Of a stretch of 64,000 nt of DNA, positions 54,690 through 64,000 are shown one piece after another. Source of the DNA: an uncultured Candidatus Saccharibacteria bacterium. GTDB lineage: Bacteria > Patescibacteriota > Minisyncoccia > Phycocordibacterales > UBA9973. Below the pieces are notes generated by a model, which saw nothing but the letters and a program-made list of their open reading frames with translations, did no database searches and was not told the DNA's origin. The stretch's first letter is position 1. Each line of letters begins with the position of its first letter. The stretch covers positions 9,101 to 73,100 of the forward strand of contig CAYLKL010000003.1 in assembly GCA_964384645.1 (NCBI GenBank), written 5' to 3'. Made by a program: the position numbers and the translations under genes.

Positions 54690-57143
54690 TTATCTTTCTT
54701 CAATAATTGGTTTTATATTTCCGTTTCCACCGCCACCTCCTGGAGGCACAACACTACAATCTGTTGCAACTACAACTGAAACTTGAGAACTTTCAGAATC
54801 TCCAGAACCATCAACACAAGATATTGAATAATTTAATGTTCCACCATCTGCAACTCCACTTGGAATAAACGGCCCAAAATCAGTTGTACCGCTACTGTTC
54901 AATTGATTAAACCAAAACATTGAGCCAAAATTATTCCAGCCAACTGGTGCAGGTACACCTCCGCCAGGAACATAAGAGTATCCAGTTGTACAAGAAGCGA
55001 AAGGATTTGATTGAGCGCTCGCTGAGCTTACGGTCAAAGTTAGAGAATCACCTGGTTCAATACACGCAGTATTTGTATTTAAGTCCAAATAAACACTTGA
55101 ATTAGCCCTAGGCACAATTGTTACAGAGTCAGTTACAATTGGAATATGTGTATTATTTAATTTATCTTCGCAAGTTATATTGTAATAAACAATATCTCCA
55201 ACATTTGCTCCCCCAATATCTATATTCAAGAAGCTTCCATCTGGATCGTGCGTAACGCTGTTAATTGCATTCCAAGCGGTCGTTGGTGATGATGTAATGT
55301 CACAAGTTCCAGAATTAAAATCTCCTGCTGTTTTCTTTATATCTATTTTTACTGTTCCACCTACCTCAACAGTATTCAAGTTTCCATCATTGTCATTTTC
55401 GTCACTTGCATTAAGTGACAACTGAAGACCATTTAGCCCTGCGATAGAAACTTGCGTTGATGCTGTATAAGTTTGTAGTGTTACCTTATCTCTACAAGTT
55501 AGCGTATAGGTTGTTGTTGCCGGAATAACGGACACTCCATTTTCAATTGCTGTAAATGAGTTCCCCGCAAAAAGATCAGTTTTTGGACCAAACCAAGCAC
55601 CATTTGGAGACGAAACACCTCCCATTCCAACAGCAGAACACTCTAAATCTTTATTCAAAACAGATTCCCATCTCAAAGAAATTTTTTCACCGAGATTCAC
55701 CTGACTAATTGCCTGACTACCTAAAACATAAGGATCTTTGTGCGCAGTAAGAACTAGTGAAACATTTTCATTAACAACCACAATGTCTTGACCACAAACA
55801 AGACTAGGAGATGTACCACAAGAAGCACCTGTAGTACCCGCACCTCGTGTACAAGTTAATTTAAATATAGTTGCATCACCAACAGCACTACCTGGCACAA
55901 GAACATCGTTTATAACCCCAGAAGTTCCAAGGAAAATATATGGTAAAGGTTGCGCAAGTGGGGTTGTCCATTTTGGATTTGTGTAAACAACACCATTAAA
56001 AGTAGTCATACCGACGCAAGTATTTGGCACAATAGCGTTTGTTGTCCAAGTTATATCAGTAAGGAAAAAACCATTCGCATCTGGAACATTTTTAGGATTT
56101 GCACTAACGACAACTGAAGCAACTTTTCCACCTGGAAGTATTGTAACTAAAATATTTCTAACCATCGGACCGATAGTTCCAGTTCCATTTTCGTCACCCT
56201 GACATGTAATTGTAAAAGATTTAGTTATAGCGGCAGATGTAGTATTCAAAAAAGTAAGCGCAGGCCACGCATGACCTCCGTTAGTAGAACTTCTGCCTGG
56301 ATTTCCAGACAACCAGTCTCCACTTGCAGTACAACTATTTGGAACAACATCTAAAACATTCCAACTCAGCACTACGTTGTTATTTGAAGAAGTAGAAGAA
56401 GTAGAGACTGATGGATTCTGTTGATTTGCAATAACATTACCCGAACTTGTTGTTGCAGAAAAAGTTAAAAGTGATTTTCCGCCGGCATTTCCATCTATGA
56501 ACACTTGACTCATATCAATCCAGCCGACATTTAATGGTCCACCCCAAGCAAAACCCGAAAGAAATCTTTGACCTTGGGCATTTGGCTGACCAACACTTAC
56601 AGAATAAGAGCCGGACTCGCTTCCGTTAAACATTGCATCTCCTGCAAAACTAATCCATCCATCCCAACCACCATTTGGATTATCTGTCATTGAACTACAG
56701 TTCCCTGGAACGTTTGATCCTAGAGTATTTAGTGTTGCACTACAAAATCTTGCCCAGCCAACAATATTATTACCAGCTAGCCTTGCGTTTACGGGAGTTG
56801 TCCCTGATCCAACAGGAAAACCTGAAAGACCTCCAAACTTAACCCATCCGTAACTTTTTGTTCCCGTGATAGAGTCTACTGGGTTCGCCCATGCATATCC
56901 AGATAAATTACCAACCGAATCAATAGTAACTTGATAACTTGCAGGGTCGGTCAAGCTATCCTTAAAAGAAATCCACCCCGCGCCTCCAGGAATACCACTA
57001 GGCTGACCAATCCCCGCCCAAGCCCAGCCGTCCATTTCTTGAAATGAAGTCTGTGCTTTTAAAATAGACGTATCACCAAAAACAAAAAAACTTATCATTA
57101 GGAGTCCTAGTATTGCGAAGAAAAATTTTCTAGTGTTTTTCAT
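54690..57143 (-). CDS. secreted CPR surface protein (GWAW/GWISF repeats plus Cys-bridged Ig-like modules)
   Basis: Signal peptide; GWAW..GWISF, GYAW..GWVKF, GFAW..GWIDM; repeated Y/F-x-L/I-T-C modules. Confidence 0.72.
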   Translation of the reverse strand: MKNTRKFFFAILGLLMISFFVFGDTSILKAQTSFQEMDGWAWAGIGQPSGIPGGAGWISFKDSLTDPASYQVTIDSVGNLSGYAWANPVDSITGTKSYGWVKFGGLSGFPVGSGTTPVNARLAGNNIVGWARFCSATLNTLGSNVPGNCSSMTDNPNGGWDGWISFAGDAMFNGSESGSYSVSVGQPNAQGQRFLSGFAWGGPLNVGWIDMSQVFIDGNAGGKSLLTFSATTSSGNVIANQQNPSVSTSSTSSNNNVVLSWNVLDVVPNSCTASGDWLSGNPGRSSTNGGHAWPALTFLNTTSAAITKSFTITCQGDENGTGTIGPMVRNILVTILPGGKVASVVVSANPKNVPDANGFFLTDITWTTNAIVPNTCVGMTTFNGVVYTNPKWTTPLAQPLPYIFLGTSGVINDVLVPGSAVGDATIFKLTCTRGAGTTGASCGTSPSLVCGQDIVVVNENVSLVLTAHKDPYVLGSQAISQVNLGEKISLRWESVLNKDLECSAVGMGGVSSPNGAWFGPKTDLFAGNSFTAIENGVSVIPATTTYTLTCRDKVTLQTYTASTQVSIAGLNGLQLSLNASDENDNDGNLNTVEVGGTVKIDIKKTAGDFNSGTCDITSSPTTAWNAINSVTHDPDGSFLNIDIGGANVGDIVYYNITCEDKLNNTHIPIVTDSVTIVPRANSSVYLDLNTNTACIEPGDSLTLTVSSASAQSNPFASCTTGYSYVPGGGVPAPVGWNNFGSMFWFNQLNSSGTTDFGPFIPSGVADGGTLNYSISCVDGSGDSESSQVSVVVATDCSVVPPGGGGGNGNIKPIIEER

Positions 57144-57144
57144 A

Positions 57145-57444
57145 TTATAAATTATTTAAAGCGTCTAATTTTTGTTCATCAGTTGTATAAGTACCTGAAC
57201 TTACATTTAATTCTTCTAGGTATTTATCTTTTTCTTCTTTAGATAGAGAGTTTTCTGATTCGAGAGAATTTAAAACATCTAATTTTTGTTCTATAGTTTT
57301 CTCTTTAACTTCGAATTTTTTATAAATAAGAAATCCAACAAATACTATTATTAGAATTATTATGATCCAAAGAAAAACTTTTTTTGAATCATGTTCACTA
57401 ACTTCTTTTTGAGGATTTGAAAGATTATAAAGATTTTTTTGCAT
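57145..57444 (-). CDS. small single-TM hypothetical protein
   Basis: VFLWIIIILIIVFVGFLIY helix; repeated EQKLD-x-LN-x-L. Confidence 0.65.
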   Translation of the reverse strand: MQKNLYNLSNPQKEVSEHDSKKVFLWIIIILIIVFVGFLIYKKFEVKEKTIEQKLDVLNSLESENSLSKEEKDKYLEELNVSSGTYTTDEQKLDALNNL

Positions 57445-57562
57445 TGTGTATAAATTATAGCAACAAATCAAAAGTAGAAGAAGATATTTGTGGAAAACAA
57501 AAATACTTTGACAATAAAATGGTAAAAGAGTAGAGTTTTATAAACCTCAAAAACTTCTGCAC

Positions 57563-58171
57563 ATGAAAAACAAATACAAAATACTTAGTCTAATTATCTC
57601 CTGCTTATTGGCGTATTTAAGCTACGAAAACCCCATAAACGACCGTAGTGAAATCGTGCCCCAGATTATTATCCACGCATGGATAGCTTCCATGTATATG
57701 TCTGCGATTATTTTTTCCATAAACGCGCAAGATCTACTAACTAGTGAAGAAAAAGAAGTAGAAAAAAACTTAACAGACAGCGCCTCAAACCTGCAGTACC
57801 TAATTCTCTTTATGTTTTCGTCTTTCGTGACATTATCTGCCGGAAACATAGTTATCTTAGTGAATTACAGCTCTTTAGAAACCGCCCTGGTTTATGCTTT
57901 GTTGTTTTTTGTTTCTTTCGCATTTGTATCTGTCAAATGCTTAAATCTTTTTGACAAAAGAAACTTGCAAATTCAATGGGTTGTTTCTTTTACACTTATA
58001 CCGATACTATCTGTGTCTGCAATATCAATACTAGGAACAGATCTATTAGCAAAAATAAAAATGAACCAATTATGGTTAATGATTTTTGTTTTTGTTTTAT
58101 TCTTTGTTTCCTTTCTTTCATTTTATATTACAAAAACAGAGGAGAGTAAAATCAAAAAGCCCGCTACTTAG
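57563..58171 (+). CDS. hypothetical polytopic membrane protein (accessory cassette)
   Basis: About 6 TM helices; TTGACA-17-TAGAGT promoter; CAAAAAC-8nt-ATG. Confidence 0.7.
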   Translation: MKNKYKILSLIISCLLAYLSYENPINDRSEIVPQIIIHAWIASMYMSAIIFSINAQDLLTSEEKEVEKNLTDSASNLQYLILFMFSSFVTLSAGNIVILVNYSSLETALVYALLFFVSFAFVSVKCLNLFDKRNLQIQWVVSFTLIPILSVSAISILGTDLLAKIKMNQLWLMIFVFVLFFVSFLSFYITKTEESKIKKPAT

Positions 58172-58183
58172 CGGGCTTTTTTT
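58154..58183. terminator. bidirectional terminator
   Basis: GCCCGCTA/TAGCGGGC stem with A5 and T7. Confidence 0.8.
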
Positions 58184-59237
58184 ATTCTTCCAAAAATTTC
58201 ATTACGGACTCCTTAGTTAAAACATCCTCAATATACGCTTCTGCTCTACCTCTATCAGCGCCTTGATACTGAGACATTATCAACTCAACTTCTTTATTTA
58301 TTTCTTCGGCTTCTGGAAAAAGATTATTTTCTCTAGCTATATCTCTTACAACCAAAGCAAGTGTAACTCTTTTTTCAGCATCTTTTGCAAAATCTGCTCT
58401 CATTTCGTCTTCTGTTTTACCAATCTGCTTTATGTAATCTTCAAACTTAAGACCAGCATCTGCTATATTTTGCTTTGCTGTTTGGAATAACTGTTCTTGC
58501 TCAGCATTTACAAGTATTTTTGGAAGTTCAACTTTTGTTTCCTTAATCAAAGCTTCTGCAATCCTTGTTCTCTTATCACTTTTTTGTTTTAATTTTTTCT
58601 CTTCTAAGATATTTTCTTTTAATTTTACTTTCAGATCTTCTACGTTTTTAAAACCACCAAGAGATTGAGCAAAAGTATCGTCTAGTGCTGGGAGATTTTC
58701 ATCTTTGAGCTCTGGATGATCATGAGTGTGAACTGAATTATCCCCGTGCGCATGTAGTTCGTCATGTATGCGCATTTTTTGAATAGTCCGCATTGTATCT
58801 TCAATTTCTTTTTCTGTAACCTCAAGACTTTCTTCTTTCTCTTCTTTAATAACATCTTTTGCTACTTTTTTGTAATCCTTCTTTTCAATTTCTGGCAAAG
58901 TTGCAATTAAAATATTATATTCAAGGTCGTTTCCTTTTGCGATTTTAGAAATAGTTATATGCGGCCTACCAAGAGTTTCAAGCCTATTTTCTTTTACAAC
59001 TTCCGCGAATTGCTCACCAATAGCAAGAGCTGCCATTTCTTCAAGCAGAACCATTTCAGGAGTGTTTTTTTTAATAATTTCAGCAGGAGCTTGCCCCTTT
59101 CGAAATCCAGTAAACTCTCTATCCTTCCCTAGAATTTCTAATGCTTTTGCCTCAAAAGATTCAAATTTTTCAGCCGGTATTACGGCGTCAATTTTTGTAA
59201 TACTTTCAGGCATTTTTGTTATTTTTATATCTTTCAT
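58182..59237 (-). CDS. tig: trigger factor lacking the FKBP/PPIase domain
   Basis: GFRKGQAP ribosome-binding loop; LPALDDTFAQSLG; C-terminal SurA-like domain; start at 59237. Confidence 0.9.
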   Translation of the reverse strand: MKDIKITKMPESITKIDAVIPAEKFESFEAKALEILGKDREFTGFRKGQAPAEIIKKNTPEMVLLEEMAALAIGEQFAEVVKENRLETLGRPHITISKIAKGNDLEYNILIATLPEIEKKDYKKVAKDVIKEEKEESLEVTEKEIEDTMRTIQKMRIHDELHAHGDNSVHTHDHPELKDENLPALDDTFAQSLGGFKNVEDLKVKLKENILEEKKLKQKSDKRTRIAEALIKETKVELPKILVNAEQEQLFQTAKQNIADAGLKFEDYIKQIGKTEDEMRADFAKDAEKRVTLALVVRDIARENNLFPEAEEINKEVELIMSQYQGADRGRAEAYIEDVLTKESVMKFLEE

Positions 59238-59372
59238 CCGGTAGTGAAAAATGGCATTAAAATTAAAGCCATTTATTAAATTAACTTCTAAATAAAATTT
59301 CCAAACCTTTAATATATTTAAAATCCGAACTAATAGAATTTTAAATGGCAATGCCATTTTCTAATAACCGGA
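59237..59372 (-). promoter_or_regulatory. structured 5' leader of tig that pairs up to the start codon
   Basis: TCCGGT/ACCGGA(TG), AAAATGGCATT/AATGCCATTTT, GCCATTTA/TAAATGGC, ATTTAAAAT/ATTTTAAAT. Confidence 0.55.
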
Positions 59373-59411
59373 CAGGTAAGTGAAGACACTTTAACACAGT
59401 TTCCCGGAAAA

Positions 59412-59450
59412 ACAAAAAGGCTCATATTTTTTAAATATGAGCCTTTTTGT
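59412..59450 (-). terminator. intrinsic terminator
   Basis: AAAAAGGCTCATATTT/AAATATGAGCCTTTTT. Confidence 0.8.
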
Positions 59451-59454
59451 TTTT

Positions 59455-59730
59455 CTATTCTATTTCTACTTCAAGCGAATTAAAGTCTGTTGACTCAAAA
59501 TCTGCTTCTATTGATTCAATTTCAGTAGAATCAGATTGTGTACCCATAGAGTCTGCTGATTGCTCATTTTGACTCATACTTTCCTGTGTATTGTTCATCT
59601 TATTTTCACGAGATTCACCACCCAGTAAAATATATCCCAGAACAACAATGATTACTATTGCAACTATTGACCACAAAAGTGAATTAGACTTATTCTCAAC
59701 CACTTGAACCGAATTATTGTCTCCTTCCAT
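59455..59730 (-). CDS. small single-TM protein with acidic tail
   Basis: LLWSIVAIVIIVVLGYILL; QSDSTEIESIEADF. Confidence 0.7.
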   Translation of the reverse strand: MEGDNNSVQVVENKSNSLLWSIVAIVIIVVLGYILLGGESRENKMNNTQESMSQNEQSADSMGTQSDSTEIESIEADFESTDFNSLEVEIE

Positions 59731-59767
59731 AATATTTTTCTAAAAAATATAAAGATACTCGACCAAA

Positions 59768-60703
59768 TTAATTTTTACCTGAATTATCGTCATTTGAATT
59801 ATCTCTTAAATCCTTTAGAGCCACAAGTGCTTTTCTAAGATTTTCAAAAGCAGATTTTAATTCTTGCTTTGTTGAATCTAGATATACCTTAACCATATCT
59901 TTTGACTCATCTCTTCTTGATTCCCATTCAAGCTTTGCTTTTGCATGAAAATCTTTCGCTTGAACTAAGTCAGTTTTTGCATTTTCTAAACTAGCACTAA
60001 CCAAAGAAACATCTTTACCTTCTGCCTTAAATTTACCCGCAGCTGTTTCAATTCTTACAATAAATTTCTCAATGTGTTTTACTGCTTCTTCAAATCTCTT
60101 AAATACAAATTCAGCTGACATTTTTCTTACAAAACTATCTTCTCTTTTTGAATCATCGTTTCTTTCACTCTTACCAAAAAAAGAAGCTTTTATCTTTGCA
60201 CCAATACTATTATCATCAATGCTATTATTTTTTCTATCATATCCTTCTTTGTCATCATTTCCTGAATTACTTCTTTCTGTATTTTTTTCGCTAGGTCTTG
60301 AATCTCTATTTTCAGTTTCAAGATTTAAAACAGCTTCTACTTCGGCCTTTGTTAAAGTTGGATATTTAGAAACCACTTCCGCAACAATTTCATCTCTAGT
60401 CTTTGCTGATGTTGAAAAAATTGATTTTTTATCATTAATTTCAACCTTAACAATTGTTTCGTTAGTAAAGATATCGGCTTCCACTTCAAGCGCACTACTA
60501 CTACTTGAAGAACTAGAACTATCGTCACTATTTGAATTATCATCACTTGAACTATCATCTTCTACCTTAACACCACCCGATAACCCAAATTCAAACGATC
60601 CTTTTCCGCTTCCACTATTTTCGCTCTTAGCGTAAACACTTGGAGCAGAAACAATAATTGCTAACAAAAATACAAATATTGATAAATTAAATACTTTTTT
60701 CAT
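59768..60703 (-). CDS. secreted Ser/Asp-rich and coiled-coil protein
   Basis: Signal peptide VYA|K; low-complexity linkers; helical C-terminal domain. Confidence 0.7.
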   Translation of the reverse strand: MKKVFNLSIFVFLLAIIVSAPSVYAKSENSGSGKGSFEFGLSGGVKVEDDSSSDDNSNSDDSSSSSSSSSALEVEADIFTNETIVKVEINDKKSIFSTSAKTRDEIVAEVVSKYPTLTKAEVEAVLNLETENRDSRPSEKNTERSNSGNDDKEGYDRKNNSIDDNSIGAKIKASFFGKSERNDDSKREDSFVRKMSAEFVFKRFEEAVKHIEKFIVRIETAAGKFKAEGKDVSLVSASLENAKTDLVQAKDFHAKAKLEWESRRDESKDMVKVYLDSTKQELKSAFENLRKALVALKDLRDNSNDDNSGKN

Positions 60704-60782
60704 AAAATTTTATTACATTAATAAAGCCAAAAGGCTACGACATTTATTATAACGCAGACTACCGCAAATAAGTAACGCAAAT

Positions 60783-60810
60783 AAAAAAACGCCCTTACGG
60801 ACGTTTTTTT
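60783..60810 (-). terminator. terminator after hppA
   Basis: CGTCC-gtaa-GGGCG hairpin followed by T7. Confidence 0.65.
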
Positions 60811-60820
60811 ATATTTATAA

Positions 60821-62794
60821 TTAAATAATCATCGAAACTATAAGTAGTGCCACGATATTTAATATTTTAATCATAGGATTTATAGCAGGCCCGGCTGTAT
60901 CCTTATAAGGATCTCCTACAGTATCTCCTGTTACTGAAGCTTTATGTGCTTCTCCTCCTTTTCCGCCAAAATTTCCAAGTTCAATATATTTCTTAGCATT
61001 GTCCCATGCACCTCCACCTGAAGTCATTGAAACCGCTACAAAAATACCTGTAATAATTGCTCCAATCAAAAGACCTCCAAGAGCTTCAACCCCCAAAGTG
61101 AAACCAACAATAATTGGTACAACTACTGGTAGTAGTGCAGGGAAAATCATTTCTCTAATTGCACTCTTTGTAACAATATCAACTGTTCTTCCGTAGTCTG
61201 GCTTTTCAGTTCCAGTCATTATACCTGGGTGATTTTTGAATTGATCACGAACATCTTCAACAACAGCACCAGCTGCTTTTCCAACAGCTTCCATAGAAAG
61301 AGCGCCGAAGAAATAAGGTAGTAGTCCTCCTATAAATAGACCTGCTAAAACTCGAGGATCATCAATAAAGAAAGCATAACCATCTCCAATAGAATTAGTG
61401 AAGTCAGCAAATAAAACCAATGAAGCAAGAGCAGCTGATCCAATTGCGTAACCTTTTGTTACTGCCTTTGTTGTATTTCCAACAGCATCTAGCGGATCAG
61501 TAATATCTCTAACTTCTTTTCCAAGCTCACTCATTTCAGCAATACCGCCTGCGTTATCAGTAATAGGTCCGTATGCGTCAATTGTTACGATTATTCCAGC
61601 CATACCAAGCATTGCCATTGCAGCAATCGCAACACCATAAATTCCAGCAAAAGAATAAGCTCCCAACATTCCGGCAACAATAACAATCACAGGAGCTGCT
61701 GTTGATCTCATAGACAACGCAAGCCCAGCAATTATATTTGTTCCGTGTCCTGTAGTTGACGCTTTAGCCAATTTTTTTACAGGAGAAAATGATGTTGATG
61801 TGTAGTATTCAGTTATAACAATAAGTAACCCTGTTACAACTAGTCCAACAACTGCAGAAAGGAAAACATTCATAACGTCCATTTCTGTAAAGAATTGTTT
61901 TACAACAAAGTAAAAAGCCACTGCCGCGATAACACCTGAAGCAATAAGACCTTTATACAGAGCCATCATTATGTTTCCTTTTTTACCAAGTCTAATGAAA
62001 GCAAGTCCGATAATTGAAGCAAGTATTGCAACTGCACCTAAGACCAAAGGAAATACCACCAAGTTTGATTCAGCTCCAAAGAATATAACCCCAAGAAGCA
62101 TTGCTGCGACAGTTGTAACTGCATAAGTTTCGAACAAGTCTGCTGCCATTCCCGCACAGTCTCCAACGTTATCTCCAACGTTATCCGCTATAACAGCAGG
62201 ATTTCTTGGATCATCTTCTGGAATTCCAGCTTCAACTTTTCCAACCAAGTCAGCACCAACGTCAGCTGCTTTTGTAAAAATTCCTCCACCAAGTCTTGCG
62301 AAAATAGAAATCAAAGATCCTCCAAATCCAAACCCAACAAGAGCGTGTGTATCTTTTGTTATGAAATATATTAATGCTGTTCCAAGCAAAGCAAGACCAA
62401 CAACCAACATACCAGTTACAGATCCTCCACCAACAGCTACTGCCAAAGCTTTTTTCATTCCACCTCGAGCTGCTTCAGTTGTTCGAACATTTGCTCGTAC
62501 AGAAACATACATTCCAATAAATCCTGCTAGTCCTGAAAAAATAGCACCTACCAAGAAACCAATTGCAGCACTCCAACCCAAAGATGGGATAAATCCAAGA
62601 ACTCCAAACAAAACAACAGCAACAACCGCGATTGTCTTATATTGTCTTGTCATATAAGCTTTCGCTCCGATTTGAATCGCTTTTGCGATTTCCTTCATTT
62701 TTTCATTACCTTCTGGCATCTTAAGAATTGACCATGTTCTGATCAAACCATAGATGATTGCGGCTCCCGCTGCTCCAAATATTAACGCTTGCAT
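60821..62794 (-). CDS. hppA: membrane-integral pyrophosphatase, predicted K+-independent H+-PPase
   Basis: [40 protein letters not shown]; GNTTKA (Lys at the K+-dependence site); [11 protein letters not shown]. Confidence 0.95.
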   Translation of the reverse strand: MQALIFGAAGAAIIYGLIRTWSILKMPEGNEKMKEIAKAIQIGAKAYMTRQYKTIAVVAVVLFGVLGFIPSLGWSAAIGFLVGAIFSGLAGFIGMYVSVRANVRTTEAARGGMKKALAVAVGGGSVTGMLVVGLALLGTALIYFITKDTHALVGFGFGGSLISIFARLGGGIFTKAADVGADLVGKVEAGIPEDDPRNPAVIADNVGDNVGDCAGMAADLFETYAVTTVAAMLLGVIFFGAESNLVVFPLVLGAVAILASIIGLAFIRLGKKGNIMMALYKGLIASGVIAAVAFYFVVKQFFTEMDVMNVFLSAVVGLVVTGLLIVITEYYTSTSFSPVKKLAKASTTGHGTNIIAGLALSMRSTAAPVIVIVAGMLGAYSFAGIYGVAIAAMAMLGMAGIIVTIDAYGPITDNAGGIAEMSELGKEVRDITDPLDAVGNTTKAVTKGYAIGSAALASLVLFADFTNSIGDGYAFFIDDPRVLAGLFIGGLLPYFFGALSMEAVGKAAGAVVEDVRDQFKNHPGIMTGTEKPDYGRTVDIVTKSAIREMIFPALLPVVVPIIVGFTLGVEALGGLLIGAIITGIFVAVSMTSGGGAWDNAKKYIELGNFGGKGGEAHKASVTGDTVGDPYKDTAGPAINPMIKILNIVALLIVSMII

Positions 62795-62852
62795 ATAAAT
62801 TTAATTTATTAACTAATGATTAATTTTACGACTTTATAATTTTATAAACCTT

Positions 62853-64000
62853 CTAACTTGAAACTTCGTTATCTTCTTTTTTATCATTTTCACCTTCTTT
62901 TTGTAAAGACGATATTGCAGTTTTCAAATCATTCAAAGATGTATATTCTTCTTTTTCCTCTTCTCCTTCAACGACTTCTCCGTCAGATGAAACAACTGTT
63001 TCAGCTGTTACTCCTTTTATGTCAATTCTCCAACCGGTAAGTTTTGCAGCTAGTCTAACATTTTGACCGCCCTTTCCAATCGCAAGTGACAACTGATCGT
63101 CCGCCACTTCCACAAAAGCTTTGTGTTCTTCTTCTTGAACTTGAATATCCAAAACTTTTGCAGGTGATAGAGATTTTGCAATAAAAGCTGAAGCGTCAGA
63201 AGACCATTCAATTATGTCGATTTTTTCACCAGAAAGTTCACTCATAACAGTAGTGACCCGAACCCCTTTTTGTCCGACACAAGATCCAACAGGATCAACA
63301 GACTCATCGTTTGAAAAAACGGCGATCTTTGATCGAGAACCTGGTTCTCGTGCGATAGATTTTATTTCAACAACACCACCCGCAATTTCTGGCGCTTCCA
63401 TTTCAAATAATTTCTTCAAAAACATCGGATGTGTTCTTGAAAGTCTCAAGGTTACACCTCTTGGTCCTTCTTCTACTTGATAAAGATACGCGCGCAATCT
63501 TTCGCCTCTTCTGAAATATTCTCCTGGAATTTGTTCTTCACTAGGAAGTATTCCAACAGCTCTTCCGAAATCGACAAAAACCATCCCGCGTTCTACCTTT
63601 TGAACAACGCCAGAAACAATGTCGCCCGACTTTCCACCGAACTCTCCAACGATTGATTCTCTTTCAGCTTCACGAATTCTTTGGATAATAACTTGTTTTG
63701 CTGTTTGCGCAGCAATTCTTCCAAAGTCTTCTTGGGTCTCTAATGGAAAAACAATCTCCTCTCCTAGTTCAGCGTTTCCTTTCATTATTTTTACATCTTC
63801 TAAAAGAATGTGTTTTTCTGGATCAAAACGAACTCTTCCGTCATCTTCTGTGTTTTCGTTTTCATCTAGTAGCGGCACAACTTCTTCTTCTCCGTCTTTT
63901 GGCATAACAGCAGTCGTTTCATCAACAACTTTTTTTATTTGAGAAAAAGTTGTTGTACCAGTATTCAAATCAAAATGCGCTCGAACTATTTGTCCGCGCT
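62853..64000 (-). CDS. nusA: transcription termination/antitermination factor NusA (5' end outside window)
   Basis: FGRIAAQTAKQVIIQRIREAER, AREPGSRSKIAV, DPVGSCVGQKG, LSLAIGKGGQNVRLAAKLTGWRIDI; frame stays open to the window edge. Confidence 0.97.
   Translation of the reverse strand, partial: RGQIVRAHFDLNTGTTTFSQIKKVVDETTAVMPKDGEEEVVPLLDENENTEDDGRVRFDPEKHILLEDVKIMKGNAELGEEIVFPLETQEDFGRIAAQTAKQVIIQRIREAERESIVGEFGGKSGDIVSGVVQKVERGMVFVDFGRAVGILPSEEQIPGEYFRRGERLRAYLYQVEEGPRGVTLRLSRTHPMFLKKLFEMEAPEIAGGVVEIKSIAREPGSRSKIAVFSNDESVDPVGSCVGQKGVRVTTVMSELSGEKIDIIEWSSDASAFIAKSLSPAKVLDIQVQEEEHKAFVEVADDQLSLAIGKGGQNVRLAAKLTGWRIDIKGVTAETVVSSDGEVVEGEEEKEEYTSLNDLKTAISSLQKEGENDKKEDNEVSS

Noticed and set aside
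11037-58171. Integron/attC explanation for the cassettes
   Set aside because: No integrase or RYYYAAC/GTTRRRY attC pairs recognised; cassettes are dispersed and carry their own promoters
1065-63942. Numerous 60-190 aa ORFs antisense to or overlapping real genes (e.g. 22464-22961, 60072-60635, 10736-11044, 50858-51109)
   Set aside because: Shadow frames of well-supported genes or of regulatory regions; no motifs or initiation signals
1-64000. Alternative genetic code 25, CRISPR array, tRNA or rRNA genes
   Set aside because: Core genes are full length in code 11; no periodic repeat-spacer array, cloverleaf or rRNA motifs were seen by eye

Overview
Low-GC chromosomal window from a Patescibacteria/CPR (Parcubacteria-like) bacterium, read in standard code 11. 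The taxon is inferred from the missing rpmD/L30, a VirD4-like ATPase beside the r-protein cluster, split comEC, a trigger factor without its PPIase domain and CPR-type surface proteins. It holds the str-S10-spc ribosomal cluster (rpsL..map, minus strand), a probable 6S RNA, housekeeping genes (ndk, rpmB, sod, rnhA, recJ, pgk, tpiA, tig, hppA, nusA) and several large secreted or surface proteins. Two of these are paralogous LamG/Ig giants that share a near-identical 547-bp block. The main oddity is a set of about 11 accessory genes scattered through the core operons: pyrD/C/E/F, a protein with a Bacteroidota T9SS sorting domain, hypotheticals and two unannotated micro-ORFs. Each has a sigma70-type promoter, a short leader with (T)AAAAAC 6-9 nt before the ATG and a terminator hairpin. 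The core genes I checked lack this motif and are often leaderless. I also noted candidate structured leaders (before rpsN, rplC and tig), a palindromic MITE-like element and a DnaA-box-like motif at a fixed distance upstream of surface-protein promoters. All protein calls are from motif recognition by eye; no searches were run.
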